The notes beneath the pieces were generated by a model. It was not told the DNA's origin. It searched no databases and saw only the letters and a program-made list of their open reading frames with translations. The translations under genes and the position numbers were made by a program. Positions 13,106 through 27,145 of a stretch of 64,000 nt of DNA are shown here, one piece after another. Within the stretch, counting starts at the first letter, position 1. Every line of letters begins with the position of its first letter. The DNA is taken from the NCBI RefSeq assembly GCF_035594765.1, contig NC_085843.1, positions 204,949,971 through 205,013,970 on the forward strand, written 5' to 3'. This stretch comes from Anolis carolinensis (taxonomy: Eukaryota).

Positions 13106-14929
13106 ATAGTTGACTCCAGCCCTGTCATGTATTTTTATGGGGCATATAAGATGGCAAACTGTGAAGGTACTTTACTTACTAAGGGCAAGAAGTAAGTGTG
13201 TGCTATGTCCTTTGTAATGTGTGAAATAAATCAGATGGGAGCTGGACAGATCCATCAACATTCAGCCGCATAGGTCCAATGCATGCAGTTTCAAACCAGT
13301 ATTGAAGAGGGTGAGTTCACTGTGCAATTAGTTTTGTGCGTGGTATTTGTTTCATCTTTTCATTTGTGTATTTGTTTTGTACTGTCCATTTGGATGCATG
13401 AAACGAAATATGCTATTTTCGAACGAGACAAAGGGCGACACGAAAAAAGCTGCACAAACACTGTACTTTCCTTTTGTTTTTGAGCCATGTGGCATCTACT
13501 CCTGCAAACTTCTTCCTCATGTGTCAGAGGAGGAGGTGGGAGGAGGTGATTCTTGGCCAATCCGAGGCCATGGAAACAGTGACGTGGACTGGACAGGGAG
13601 GGTATATGGGGGGGGGGGACTGTCTCTCTCTAAAACTGGCCTTTAGGAGAACTATAATTACTTTCTCTCAATGGTCCAAAACATTTTGGGTTTTTTTGGA
13701 CACGAGATGAAAATCCCATTTGGATAGGCGCCCCATTTTCGGAAGTGGAGACGAAAATGAAAATGAGTAAGAACGAATGAAACTAAACAAAATGTACAGC
13801 GATTCCATACATATGCACACCACTGCTGTGCATATGATTATATGGAAAATCCAGGGACCACTTTGAGACCTGGATGGCGAAGTGGATTTTAAATTGATAA
13901 AGTTCTATCTTTGTTTCCCTAATAGCTATTTTAAAATCAGGATGCAAATAATATTCTTAATTTTTCACCTATATGCATACCAGTTACAATTCTGTCAACC
14001 ACCATAACTTCCCCACTTTGGGGGCGGGGAGGGGGGGGAGAGACTTGGCTTTTTTGCCCCAAAGGTGTATTTTTGTACTTAATTGTCTTCAAGTAAATTA
14101 CATTTTTATTAGAAATCTTTGAAAAATAACCAGCAGAGAATATACTTTCAAAATTTATACAGGAATGAAACAGGTAAAGAACTGCATCTTTAAACTACAT
14201 TGGACTTTGATCCTATAAATGCTTGAATTTTACGTGTTCAGATTTTATTTTATAATGAAATGTCAGCATGTGTGTGTCTTCAGACAGATGTGAAATGTGT
14301 TAAGAATAGACACTAAGCTAATTTTGATGGGAGTTCTTGATAATAAGGAAGAAACGTTTTCACATTTTGTTTATACTGTAAGAAAATCTAGGCTTGTTAT
14401 TTTTTCAGCAAAATAAAAAAACAATATGTAATTTTAGCTCAGATCAGTAATGCCAGTGAAATTCAAGGACATATTTAAAGCCTTGGAAGAACTTGTGATG
14501 CAATGAACTCTGATTTGAACACCTGAGAAGTTTTGATAGAACAGGAACTCTGATGGGCACATTGACTATAGTTTCATTAATATTTTATGATTATCCTAAC
14601 AATATAACAAATGAAAGATTCCCACTGTTAGCATTAGAGATAATGATTTGAATTTTGCAGTTTGCTAACAATGAGCAAAATAAATTAATTTCTCAAGCTG
14701 TTATTACAAGTACTGCAATCAGATACTGATCAAAGATCTGTGTTATCTAGGGAAGGTTAATGTAGTAAGTCTCTTCAGATAATGCTCTGACCATAGCAAG
14801 AAGTTGTTATCAGTTTTTAACAAATTGTACTTTATGCAGTTAAGGTTCCTTTGATGACCATATGCTTCATGTGCAATGTATTTGTTTTAGGAAATGCAAT
14901 CGCTTGGCCTAACAATGTGCTGGCTTTGG

Positions 14930-15075
14930 ATGATGGTCCTTCCATCATTGAAGTTTGTGAAACAGGATAGATAGCTATCTCTCAATAATGCTTCAGCTGT
15001 TGAAATCTAAATTGACAAGATATTGGAAGAGCTGATCTTTGGAATCCCTTCCCAATCTAAAGGTCTATGATTCTG
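14930..15075 (+). mobile_element. Old CR1 3' remnant
   Basis: Ends cccttcccaatctaaaggtctatgattctgt, a decayed CR1 tail. Confidence 0.55.
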
Positions 15076-15139
15076 TCATTTTAATTGTGGGATTGCAACT
15101 GAATGAAAGTCATGGAAAGTGTGATGTATTGTCAATGTA

Positions 15140-15438
15140 TTTTTCCCAGCCTGTGGTCCATGGACTATCAGTGGCCCCCAAGAACTAAAATATAATCTGT
15201 AGCCTCATTGTTACTACACCACTACAATGACAGTGGACAGCATAAGTTCTGTATCAGAAATTAGAGCTGATGTTGTCTATTCAATGCAATTTTCTGAATC
15301 AGCACCCCAAATAACCAAACGGAATCTAAAGTTGACCAAAAACCAATTCGTAACCCTTTTGGTACTAATGTTGGAGTGTGGTCCCTGATCAAAGTGGTCC
15401 CTGGTCAAAAAAAAAAAAAAAAGGTTGGGAATCACTGC
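15140..15438. mobile_element. hAT-like non-autonomous element
   Basis: Right terminus aaaggttgggaatcactg; degenerate left end ttcccagcctgtggtcc. Confidence 0.6.
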
Positions 15439-17376
15439 CTTAAGGTATGACTGATAATAATTCAATCTCCTCCCACAATTATGCTATTTTGCAACAATAT
15501 TTTAAAGTTTCATTTTAAATAAAAGTAATAATTTTTAAAAAGGAAATAAACATTTTTTAAATTAATGTAGAAGTGATTTTTTAAAAAATTAAAAAGAAAG
15601 AAAAAAGCAAATTGAGCCACTTTTGCAGCAGCTTAAGCCCAGTGCAAGTCTTACACAGAGTTGACCTATTAAAATGAAATTAAATGAATCTTGTTAATGA
15701 TAACAAACATAAGTCCTAACTTTGAAATGTAAAACATGTAGTCTGATTAAACGCTGGGAGAAACATTATGGTCATTCCTCCCCACCCACCCAAATAATTT
15801 AAAAATAAAGAACATAAAAATATTCATACCTTTGGAACCGTCAGTATGTATACATCATTTGGACAGGGGTGTTGGTGAAATGTGTGAAATGTTTTTAACT
15901 GTTATGTATATGGTCCTAGTGTTCTGACTTATCACTGAATATGTTGCTTTCATAGTAAAATAAATACTGAAGATTACAAACATAACTTTTAATAAACTTT
16001 CTTAAACTTTCTAAAGTTTCATTTAATGAACAAAAAGTTTTCCTTACTGATGAAGAAGTATGCAAAAAATTTTGAGAGAGAAAGTATAAGTATTAGAATT
16101 TATTTTGTTTATTGTTACTTATTAGCTTTGCATTGCAATCTCACGAACTCTGGAAGCTAGGCTATTCTGAACCTCCCTCCCTATAGGTAGAAATGAAGTC
16201 CCTTAGGTGAAAGTTCAACATTGTACATTTTCTTGTTTTGGCAGGAAACAAAACTGTGGTTTCAGGGTGGTGATGATGAAAAGGACCAAATCCAGTTCCT
16301 CCCATTATTCTCAAAATAATGAGGACTGTAAATGAATGGGACCATGTACACACAGGTGGCTAAATGGAAGCACAAATGGAAAGCAATTCCAATAAGAACC
16401 CTCTGCAATCATTTCTTTGCTTTCATATTTCTGAAATTAAGCAGAGCTTGAATTTCCACAGTGGGCACCAGCATGGCAGGCAAGTGACCCCAAAGGGAAG
16501 CAGGGTTCAAGAGGGCAAGCATAAAGCCAGCAGGAGGGTGAGGGGAGAAAATGCCAAAAAATCTGCCTGTGCACATTCGTATATCAGCATCAGAACTTAT
16601 GAAGTTCAGTGCATCTCAGTGAATTAATTTTTTAAAAAAGGAAACTTCCAGTAGATGTCCTGCTTCCATCTTGCAGATTGCTAAAATCCACTACAATTGA
16701 ACCTGTCAGGATGCCAGAGAAGTATTTACTGGGACTCACAGCTCCATGTCTGGACTCTACTTAAGGTCCTGCGGTTTTTAAACCCACTCTTTTGTCCTGG
16801 ATTATGGAGCTGTCTGGAAGAACTCCATGTCTCTTGAGAAAAGGATCTCAACTCATAGAAAATAGAAAAAAATTGGAAGAACATCTGATGAAAATTAATA
16901 GCAAAAGAAGGGTATAGCTGAAAATTAAGACAACAAAAATTAATGACTACAGGTGATTTAAGTATTATTAAAGTGGGTGATAAAAATCTGTTGACAGAAG
17001 TCCATTTCAGAAGGGAAACATTCTCTTCTGTCTTTATTAAGCAGCATCCATGCTTCCATCCTTTTCTGGTGGAGGGCAACTACTTCTGGCCACCCCACCC
17101 AAGTCAACATAAATGGGAAAACTCATGCATCTTCCATTTTCAAACCACACACCAGTTTTAAGAGCTTCTACAAAGTACCTTTTTACTCTTCTCTCAAATT
17201 CTATTTCTGTCATAGCCTATATTTTGTGACATGCCAAGTTTGCAACTTGTCTTCTCAGATGCAGTTCAGTTGTCTCTGAGGCTGGATCTACACTGCCATA
17301 TAATCCAGATTTTTAAATCAGATAATCTAGATTTTCTGCTTTGAAGTGGATCATATGCGTTTACACTGCCATATAA

Positions 17377-17610
17377 AAGGTAAAGGTTTTCCCCTGTGTG
17401 TCCAACTCTGGGGGTGGTGCTCATCTCCATTTCTAAGCCGAAGAGCTGGCGTTGTCCATAGACTCCCCCAAGGTCATGTGGCTAGCATGACTGCATGAAG
17501 CGCCATTACTTTCCTGTCGAAACATTACCTATTGATCTACTTACATTTGAATGTTTTTGAACTGCTAGGTTGACAGAAGCTGGGGCTAACAGCAGGAGCA
17601 GCCAGGAGGG
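17377..17610 (-). mobile_element. Sauria SINE (partial), adjacent to a Harbinger-like MITE fragment at 17279-17376
   Basis: aaaggtaaaggttttcccctg tail on the reverse strand; reverse complement of the 10350 copy. Confidence 0.85.
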
Positions 17611-19641
17611 CAAAAGCAAACCACCAACCTCTTGAGGGGACCCAGAACAGCTAAGATCAGTCTTATACTCACATTGAATTGTCTTACCACTCTACCCTTA
17701 CTTCTGTAGATGTGGGAAAACAAACATACATGCTCCTGCACATGAAGAAGACTTTCCATTGTAAAATCATTATGAAAAAACTGCAGCCTTTCCCTACAGT
17801 GCACAAGCACATATTTTCTTTTCTGCTCAGGCTCACACCTCTCAAAAGTTTTAGGATTCCAGTGGATTTGTTTCTTAAACAGATTATTATAGGTCATTTC
17901 AAGGTACCTTCAAGGCCTTGATAGGAGATATTTACCCACAAGCAGGCTAATAAAGGAAGAGGTGCTTTGTCAGAGATATGTGTCTCAACCATTTAGAGCT
18001 CTGGACATAAATACCTGCACTTTGAACTAGGTCTCGAAGTGATAGCCACTGTAGTTCCTTGAAAGACTGAGTATAATGAATTATACGTAAAGTTTTAATG
18101 CTGTTTTGTTTTTAGAAGTTGTATGCAGAATATAAGGAAAATGCAGTTGAACAAAATATTTTAGTCTTTTAGAGATTTTTGAGATTTTGTGGATTGTAAT
18201 TTAATAAATGTCAAAATACTCAGCATGTGTAGTGTTTTATTACAATTTTTTCTATGTCAGGTTGAGAAAGAAGGACTTGCTAGTGAGGAAGAAGCCCTGT
18301 CCTGTAAAGTTCTAATACGTTCTGTGGTAATTATAGATTTTTATGAGAAGAAAATATTTTAAGCCACATTTGATTAGATCAAGAAAAAAGTAGCTTACAA
18401 CAATAAACAGAGCAGTACATTCCACATTTTATTGAAATAATAAGGACTATTGGCAAGACTTTATTCAGTGGTAGTAGCCTTTACATCTTTTAGGAGTGAG
18501 CATATGTTTCATAAAACATATTGCTCTTGAATTAAAGAAATACAAATATATGCAGACTTGCTATTCCAGTTAGTTTGTATTTCACCATAATAATTATCAG
18601 ATCATAAAGTTAACTGAATTCAAATGATTTTCCTAGAGTAAAAAGCTAACATAGAAATAATAAAATAAAATCCAGGTGATATATTCTTTTATTTATCTTC
18701 TTGATTTTATTTGAATAGCAGCATTTCAGTACTGGATAAAGATTTTGTTGAGAAAGCCAAGGAATTTATTTGGGAACAGCATGCAGTACTGGGCAGAAGT
18801 CTGGGTGGCACATATATGATTCATTGCTCATTTCTGAACTTTGTGATAACAGATCAAAGGAAGCAGGATGAGGGACTCTACAAAGGGCATTTTCCTCTAC
18901 CTGTCTACCACATGCTGTGAGAGGTTGTAAGAAAATTGAAAGCGAAATTATAGCAGGGGCTCATATAATAACCAGGGCCAGTAAAATTTATAAAAATATA
19001 AAACTTACACCTGAATCTGAACAGTGCCTATAATTGTGATCTTGGCTTCAAATGACCCAGTGACCTCTACAATGCTCTACAGTTGTCTGCTGTTTGCAAG
19101 AAATGAGGTTAGAAATGAGCTTTAGGTGGAAAATCAGAGCCAACATAATCATTGTCTTCCATGATCACTGTGGATATTAGGCTTGTGCAGGGGTTCAGTT
19201 GGTCAGTTCCCTTCAGCCAATCAAGCTCATTCAGCTTTTTCAGCTGGCCATAACAGTAAGAGTTCAGTCGCATGTTTTTTGTTGGCCTAAACCGGACACA
19301 CGGCAGCTGGTCACAGCTCCTCTTTTCCTATTCGGCATCACATGCTGTGCGAAGAGGCTGCCACATGCTCGCATAGGGTTTCCCTGTGAGCCCTGCTTGT
19401 TGGGCCAATCAGAACAAAAGAACACCATGACATGTCTTATGCTAACTATGTCTATTTAATGGGGTGAGAGCCTCTATTGCTCTCAGTTGCATCCTGGCTC
19501 TAGAGAGGTGCTTCAGTCCAATTGCTTTGCCACTCGCTCTCAGCTTTATTTTTTGCCTTGGCTTGGCTTGGCTTGGCCTCTCTCTAGAATTGAATCTTTT
19601 CCATTTTCCTTTATTTCATCTCGCTTCCCATTAAATTACTA

Positions 19642-20061
19642 CCGTATTTCCCCAAAAATAAGACAGTGTCTTATATTAATTTTTGCTCCCAAAGATGCTC
19701 TAGGTCTTATTTTCAGGGGGTGTCTTATTTTTCCATGAAGAAGAATTAACATTTATTGTTGAACAAAAAACCGATCATTTATTATATACTGTACAGTAGT
19801 TGTCATCACAAACCAGCATAACCAGACAAAATGTGAATCCTATCAAGAATTTCTTGTTACTACCATTATTTCCATGTACAACTGGTATGTACATTTACCG
19901 ATCCTGCATGCTCTGGTGTTCTGTTTGGCAGGTTTTGGGCATGCTCCCAAACAAAAACTTTGCTAGGTCTTACTTTCGGGGGAGGCCTTATATTTAACAA
20001 TTCAGCAAAACTTCTACTAGGTCTTATTTTCTAGGGATATCTTATTTTAGGGGAAACAGGG
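19642..20061. mobile_element. Tc1/mariner-superfamily (Tc2/pogo-like) MITE
   Basis: TIRs ccgtatttccccaaaaataagac / tcttattttaggggaaacaggg; TA flanks; subterminal ggtcttatttt repeats. Confidence 0.8.
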
Positions 20062-23000
20062 TATAAATGGGGAAATCCAGGGGCTCCTTTCTCCCTCATT
20101 TTTAAAGCTATTGGAGTAAAACTTTCTATAATGGCAGAACACATTTATCACTCTTTGTCTGTCAAGTTTCATAAGGTTTCACTCATCCACAGATCTTTTG
20201 GGAATTTTCAAAGTTCTTTAAAAACATTTTTAAACATTTTCTTTAAAAACATTTTTAAAGACGACAAGAGTGATTTCCCCCTCCCCCTTCCCCCTCCATC
20301 AGCCCTGATTGGCTGAGAGGCATGTCGACAGGATTGGCTTCACCTCTCAGCAGGGCTTGGTCATAGCTACACCCGAAGACACTCGAGGCTTAAGAATCAA
20401 AGGCTCATTTCGATTCAAATTCTTAATACTGGGGGGAGGGGTAGCAAGCGGGTGAGTCGGAACTCTCTTCAAAAGTGCTAAACTTCCAAATTACATTTGA
20501 ATTCAAAGAAATTCCAAATCAAACACACAACCCTAGTATATATGCCTCATGGAGAGCCGTTCCATAATAGGATCTAGGAATAGAAATATTTGTTTATTTT
20601 GTTCTTTCAAGTAAGGGTGAATATTTGAAAAAAGTTCTTCCCAAGTATGAAAATATGACTTTTTGGCAATTTTTCAGACTTCAGAACTTTTTTTGCAAAA
20701 GAAAAATATTAAGAAACCATGTATTTTACACAGAAAGCAGTGCGTGAATGACCTTTTCTCAAAGAAATCTTGAACTATGAAAAAATATCTCATGGTCATT
20801 GGGGTATTTTTCTCTAATAGGCTATTTCAGTGTCAGCATCCAGTTTGAATCATTTTCCTCTCCAATCCTCGATCTGCACCCCCCAAATCAGTTGCCTATT
20901 TGTGTAATCCCCTTCCTTAATATCTTTGTCATACCATCTCTCAAAGTCATCCTTGGGAGCATCTTTGTTTCCATTCCCAAATACTTCTACATCAATATTT
21001 ACATCTACTTATCTTACTATGCCCGCCTTTCCTCTTCTTTGCTTAGTCAGTTGTACCAATTTTTAGAAAGTAATTTAGTTGCAAGTGGAATCATGTCTAT
21101 TTTGGTTCTATGTTTTTACAAGTCATAGTGTACAGTAGAATAAAGGATGGGGAGGATAAATAAAATGTAACTTGCAAAAAACTCTGATGAGATTATAATA
21201 TTTAATTTTTTTCCTGTCAACTAAATGCCATTGCTTATATTAGTTTTTTGGGTTTTTTTTTTTACGAATTGACCAATTTCTTGGTTTAATATTGTGTGTC
21301 AGGAGTAGAAATAAGTTTTCTTTATTCCCCCATATTTGTAAATCTGGAACCAAATGACAATCTGCTAAAGCTATTAACAGGAAGACATTAATCAGCTATA
21401 ATAAATTAGCCTTCTGAATTTGTGGCTAAAAGATAAGAAAGGTGAAAACAGGAATGTATTGTTGGTATAATTGGATCATTTCAGTTATTACTCTTCCTAT
21501 CTTCCAAACAAAGTCACCTCTCATGTAATTACTCAGGACAAATCAGTGAGTCAGAATACCATGACGCAGTGGGTTAGGATCTCCAGTTGTCGGTGGCACT
21601 AAGGACCCCAATATCTTCAAACCATTCAGATGTCAGAAAATACCAACAGTCTGTGAAATTGGACTGGTGAAGTCAGAGGTTTTCCTTCTAACCAAACCAA
21701 ACTTGTCTCTATTTTATGTGATTGATAGTCATTCTCTATCTGCATCAGAGTCAAAACTACATTGATTATTTTTCTGCTGAATGGAACAGAAAAACACGGT
21801 TATTTTGTGTTAATTCAGTCAAGGATGCCATATGTGTTGTAGCCAGAAATAGTTACCTCACTTGGCTCTGTTTTGGAAAGCCAGATGGACAAAACATTAC
21901 CCAGGTTCATGCCCTACAGTAGTACTGGTTATTCAGCATACTGGGTTCATTCAAAGAAAGAAATCTCAAAAGCTTTTGTCTGTATTATTTGCTGCAGAAA
22001 ATGATATGAATATTGTCTCTGAATTTTAGATGGCAGTGACCAGTACTACCTGAAGTCTTTCTTGTTACACTGACAAAAAGCATATGCTTACAAATATTGC
22101 TGCATTTAATTTGATGAAGCTGCTAATTCTTATAATTGGCACTGTGGAGCAGGGAGGATAGCAGTCATTAATTTTTATGATGGGAAAATATTGTAAGTTG
22201 ATGGATGAGCATGTAATCTCTGTGAAAAATGTTTTGTTAAATCATCAACACTAGGGTGTTTGTCTCTTGGATCAATAACCCCTTCATGCAAGCAAGGATT
22301 TCCCTCAGATGGTTTTTCATATTCCTCTTTTTTACCCCATTAGCACAAGCAGCAACAGTTTTAAAGCATCCACTGTTCCACTCCGATATGAATAGATAAA
22401 TTGTCCGAGGTTGCCAACAAGATAGCTTCCACATTAGAGGACTATGTTGTAAGCAACACTACATACAGTGTTTCAGCTGGTAAACACAAACTGTGCACAT
22501 TTAGTAGCACGTCTGAGTTCTCATCCTTCAGTTGAACTTAATGAGCTGGAACAGTGTGATGAGATTGGGGAGAATGGGGTTAGTGTGTATTGAATGGAAG
22601 CCAGATATCGAAGGTCATTGTTCAAGAGCTGCCCTTTCCCACCACTTATCAGCCAAAGAGGAGGGGTAAGGGTGGGAACCGTGTACAGTGTGTGCTGCAC
22701 AAATGAGAAACAGATTTCAGAATTTTAACCATTTCAGCAGCAGTATTTAAGATATGGCAATATGAATATGATTTCAGATTGCTTTAAAAAAAACACCTTA
22801 ATATTTCAGCCACAATGCTTTGGAATGTCACTGTAGAACAGGGTCAATGTCCTTAAAGGAGGCAGTAGAATTCTCCATGCTGCACGTTTGTAAAGAGAGT
22901 ATGGATAGCCATCTGCCAGAACATTTTTATGCACAGGGCAGTGCTGAAGAACTTGGGTGATCCTTGTATATTCCTTTGTTTTTCAACATAGTGGATTTTC

Positions 23001-26000
23001 CATTCTTACCATCCACCCTACTAAAGAATTTTGGTTAAGAAGCTCACAACCCAGTAGGTTGGGAGTTGTGGAATGAAGCTAAGGATGTATATCTGAGCCT
23101 ACTTCATTCGCACATACAAGACTGAAGAATTCCAAACATTTTCATCCTGCTGAGTAACATTAGGAAGCATTTTTGTCCATTTACCCTGTTTCAGTTTTCC
23201 TCTTTCAACATTTTGAGATAAGTATTTAAAAATTGTGCCAAAAAAAGGTTTTTATGCAGAAATCAGTGTTTCTGTGACATTGTGGATAACATGGGGGCAG
23301 GGTTGAACAAAACAATTATTCTGTCCAAACCAATTTTTACAAACCATTTTTTCATTTAAAAAAGTCCTGAGATGCAAAATGCCTTGTAGAGGTTAACCAT
23401 TTCTTTTGATGAAGTGTCTCACTGTCAAGTCACTATTTCTCAAGGATGAGAAAATTTGCAAGTGTAATTTGTATCCCAGTCTAGGTCACTACTTAACTGT
23501 CGAGGCAAAGCATAATTAGAGGATGTTCTCACCATTTCAGATTGGTCCAGGTAGTTTTCTATTTATGCTTCTCATTCAACTCAGATCTAACCCTTTGTTT
23601 CCAAACCATTTTCCCCAATGCTGAGCATCAAATAGAGTGAAAACCGCCTATCAAGAAAGAATGAAATCTCTGAGGATAACATTGCATCAATTATTGAGAT
23701 CTCTGGCAGCAGTAGTAGATTTTGTTGCAATGAGTTATTTTCAGAGCTGACTGCGTTGTATCATCCCCCAGAGAAACAATGAATGTAGACTCTTGAGATC
23801 AACTTTAGAGAAGACTGAAAGTAACTTGATTGCCTTAAATCAAGTTCACAGAAAGGCTGTGTCTCAAAAAGTAACCAAAAAATCTCACAAAACTTCTGAA
23901 AGTTTATTTAGAATAAAGTGAAAAGTCAGGTTTCTCAAAGTGAAATGTTTACATTACAAATAAGTTAGGACAACTTTGGTAATAGCCATTTAGTTACTCT
24001 TAAAAAAAAAAGAAAATATGTAGTGTAGCCTTAAAAGTAAGCCTTCCTCTTCTAGCAGTGAATTCCTTCTGTCACATTAACTTCAATGAAAGAAGGGTAC
24101 AATTTTATTATCCAGGCAGACTTCAAAGGAGGGCCTACATGAAGAAGGATAGTCCATTTTATGGGGGGAGGGAGTTGAAGGAGGAAAACAATTTTCCCCA
24201 TTTTTGCTAGCTATCCCTCCCCCCCCCCCCAAATAAATCATAAATGATGGTTGTTTCAACAACGGAGACATGGGGGAATAACAGGAAAACAGGGAGAAAT
24301 GCTTTTACACCTTCAACCTACTATCCACCCCTGTAAAATGAACTATCATTCTCTCACTAACACCTACTTGTGGCCTCCACCCAGATAATGGAACAGTACC
24401 CAAAGAAGACATAGGCATAATGTGAGATGTTGATGCCAGATACTTTCACACTGACTCTGACTTACACTAATCCTGTCATAGGTTCTTCTTAAAAAGATTT
24501 TTCAGAAATGGTTTGTTACTGTGAAAGTTATGAAATACCACTCAAATGCTACACCTACTAGCAGAAGCAAATTCTTAGTCCAGCCCAACATGAAATTTAC
24601 TGTAAATTTTCAGTTTAGTTATGCCCGTTTTCATGGAATAGAGTTAACATCAGGGGAAAACCTTTACCTTTACCTTACTTTCATGAACAGAGATAGGAAA
24701 AGTTCTGCCAGAAGTTGATCATAGAATTATCCTGGAGACCTATAGAGAACATCTCTCTAGCTATTTTCTAGATCCTCCAAAGCAATTCTATGGAAACCCA
24801 AGAAATCATTCCTTTTGTGTAAGAAAAATAGGGTTCCATTTAATACAAAGGACCCTGAAACAGCTCAATTATGTAATATGTAAACTATTGTATAACTTTT
24901 AGAAAACATAGCTATCACCTATGTACCTCAAATGACGGAAGAATTGGTTCTTCATTGTGTATTTAGTCAATATCTATATCCTTGTGATTGTTAAAAAAGG
25001 ACTCATTTCTATGGTGGTTCATGGCTAATTTTGTTTATCAAACTCCTTCCAATGTCCAAATGGTGTCTAGTAATAATACTATTTGATTTTGGGAGAGGTG
25101 ATAATTCAGTATTGGGTTTTCCCTAACTGTGTGCTGAAATGTAGAAAATCAACAACTCATGAGTCAGAGAGTTTTTTCATTCTTAACTGCAATTTATCAA
25201 TGAGATGGTGGAACATAGGTCTATTGTTTGGTCTCTTGGGGATTGTAAGCAATTCAAACTATTGCACCGTAGTGTAATATCCTGTATGTTGTAAACTGTT
25301 AGGAAATAATATCTTTCTAAAATGCAAAAATGGGCTTTTATGACAAAACAGTTTATTATGATTTACTCCAATTCATGCCTGCTACCTATATGAACATTTA
25401 ATTAAAACTGTGATGCTGTTATTGTTCTAGCAGCAGTAATATTTCTGCAAGAGATTCTTCAGCTTTCCAATAAATATTCAGACAGTATTTTTTCAGCTGT
25501 ACAACCTTGATATAAGCAGTGCAATTGTTACAGTATGGTAGACTTAATGTAGCTTTTATGTAGCTGGATTATAACGGTAATTTGATTTTGATTTATTTTC
25601 AGGTCATGTAGCCAGATGTGTACACCCACACCACAAATGACACATCATTGGTGCTCATTGCAGAACTCTATGCCAAAATGATACTAAACCATAAGTGTCA
25701 GCTATTTTGGGATTTTGAAGAAGAATGGATTGCAACTCCATAAAATGTTTCTGTAAAATAATTCAAAATGCTTTCAATGTTGGTGATGTGTCTGGCCAAC
25801 GCCAGTGCTGTGTGTGTGGCCCAAGTTTTTCTGCTGCTTTAATTAGTACCAACATTTGTTGCCAAGCTCAGCAGTTGTTTTAGAGTAGGGTGGACATGTA
25901 AATATGCAACCAAAATTGCTCTGATTTCCTATTTTAACTCAGTGGGAAATTGATATGAACAAGTATAAGGCTTTTAATGAACATGTAAAACATTCCCAAA

Positions 26001-26896
26001 CAGTTTTAATTAAGCATTTAAATGACAGCTCACTTCTATGGGTATGTGTACATTAAAAGAATATAAATAAGACTGAAAGAAAACCGTATGATTTTTAGTG
26101 TAAAACTAGGAAAATGAGGTGGTAAAGAGCTGTCAAAACTTTTGCTTATTTATTACTGTCAGCTTCTATGAAGGCATTTAGAAAGAAAAGACTGGTTACA
26201 CTCAGTGTATTGGTGGTTATCAGAACATGTTCATCCAGCCAATGCCAAGGCTGTGGGCAGTATATAATGTGCAATTTTCTGGGAACGATGGTCAGTCTAA
26301 TGTCCTATGAGATTCAAAGTAATTCGCAAAATCAAAAAGCCAGATGTCCTTCTTTGGCCTTGCTGAGGCGTGATGGATAGTAGTTCCAGATGTGTTTTGC
26401 CTAATGTACTGTTCCTGATCATAATGTTTTAAAATAATTTCTCTCTCTTCCTTCTAATGCACAATGGTTCTACATTTAGCTTGCTTACCTCTGAATCAAG
26501 TCATTACAAAATTTGCCAAGTTTTGTTTTAGATTATTTGAACATATATTATAGCATACGCTCTAATTTTGCCTCCAGTAATCTGGAAATTATTGAAAAGT
26601 GGTCTGTTTGATAGCCATTTCTTCGTGCATGAGCAGTTTTATTCTGTTGGCCATACTGTAGTACAAAATGTAAACTGATGACATATACTAGAAGTGTAAA
26701 TGAACTCTGTTACTGCTTTCTTTTATCATTTTTGTGTCTTTATGTGCGTCTTGTTTGAACAGTTATTGACTAAACAAATCAAAGCCAAAGCTCAAGGTCT
26801 TGTCAGGGACTTTGCCATCAAGTTGTTTCCCTATTTGCTCATCCTGTAGTCACTTTGATGCTGAAAATGAGGTTGAAAGGAACCGTCCCTGAAGAT

Positions 26897-27145
26897 GTGT
26901 TGTCGAAGGCTTTCATGGCTAGGATCACAGGGTTGTTGTATGTTTTCCAGGCTGTATGGCCATGTTCCAGAAGTATTATCTCCTGACGTTTCACCCACAT
27001 TGATGGCAGGCATCCTTAGAGGTTGTGAGGAACCTCACATACCTCACAATCTCTGAGGATGCCTGCCATAGATGTGGGCGAAACGTCAGGAGAGAATACT
27101 TCTGGAACATGGCCATACAGCCCAGAAAACATTCAACAACCCAGT
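26897..27145. mobile_element. Penelope-like terminal (pLTR) sequence as an inverted repeat
   Basis: About 26921-27030 is the near reverse complement of about 27042-27145; same family as 39084-39298. Confidence 0.8.
27050..27090 (+). ncRNA. Minimal type I hammerhead ribozyme motif (Penelope-associated)
   Basis: CUGAGGA (27053-27059), extra U, stem II GCCUGC/GUGGGC, GAAAC-GUC cleavage triplet (27080-27087), short stem I (ucu/agg). Activity untested. Confidence 0.7.
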
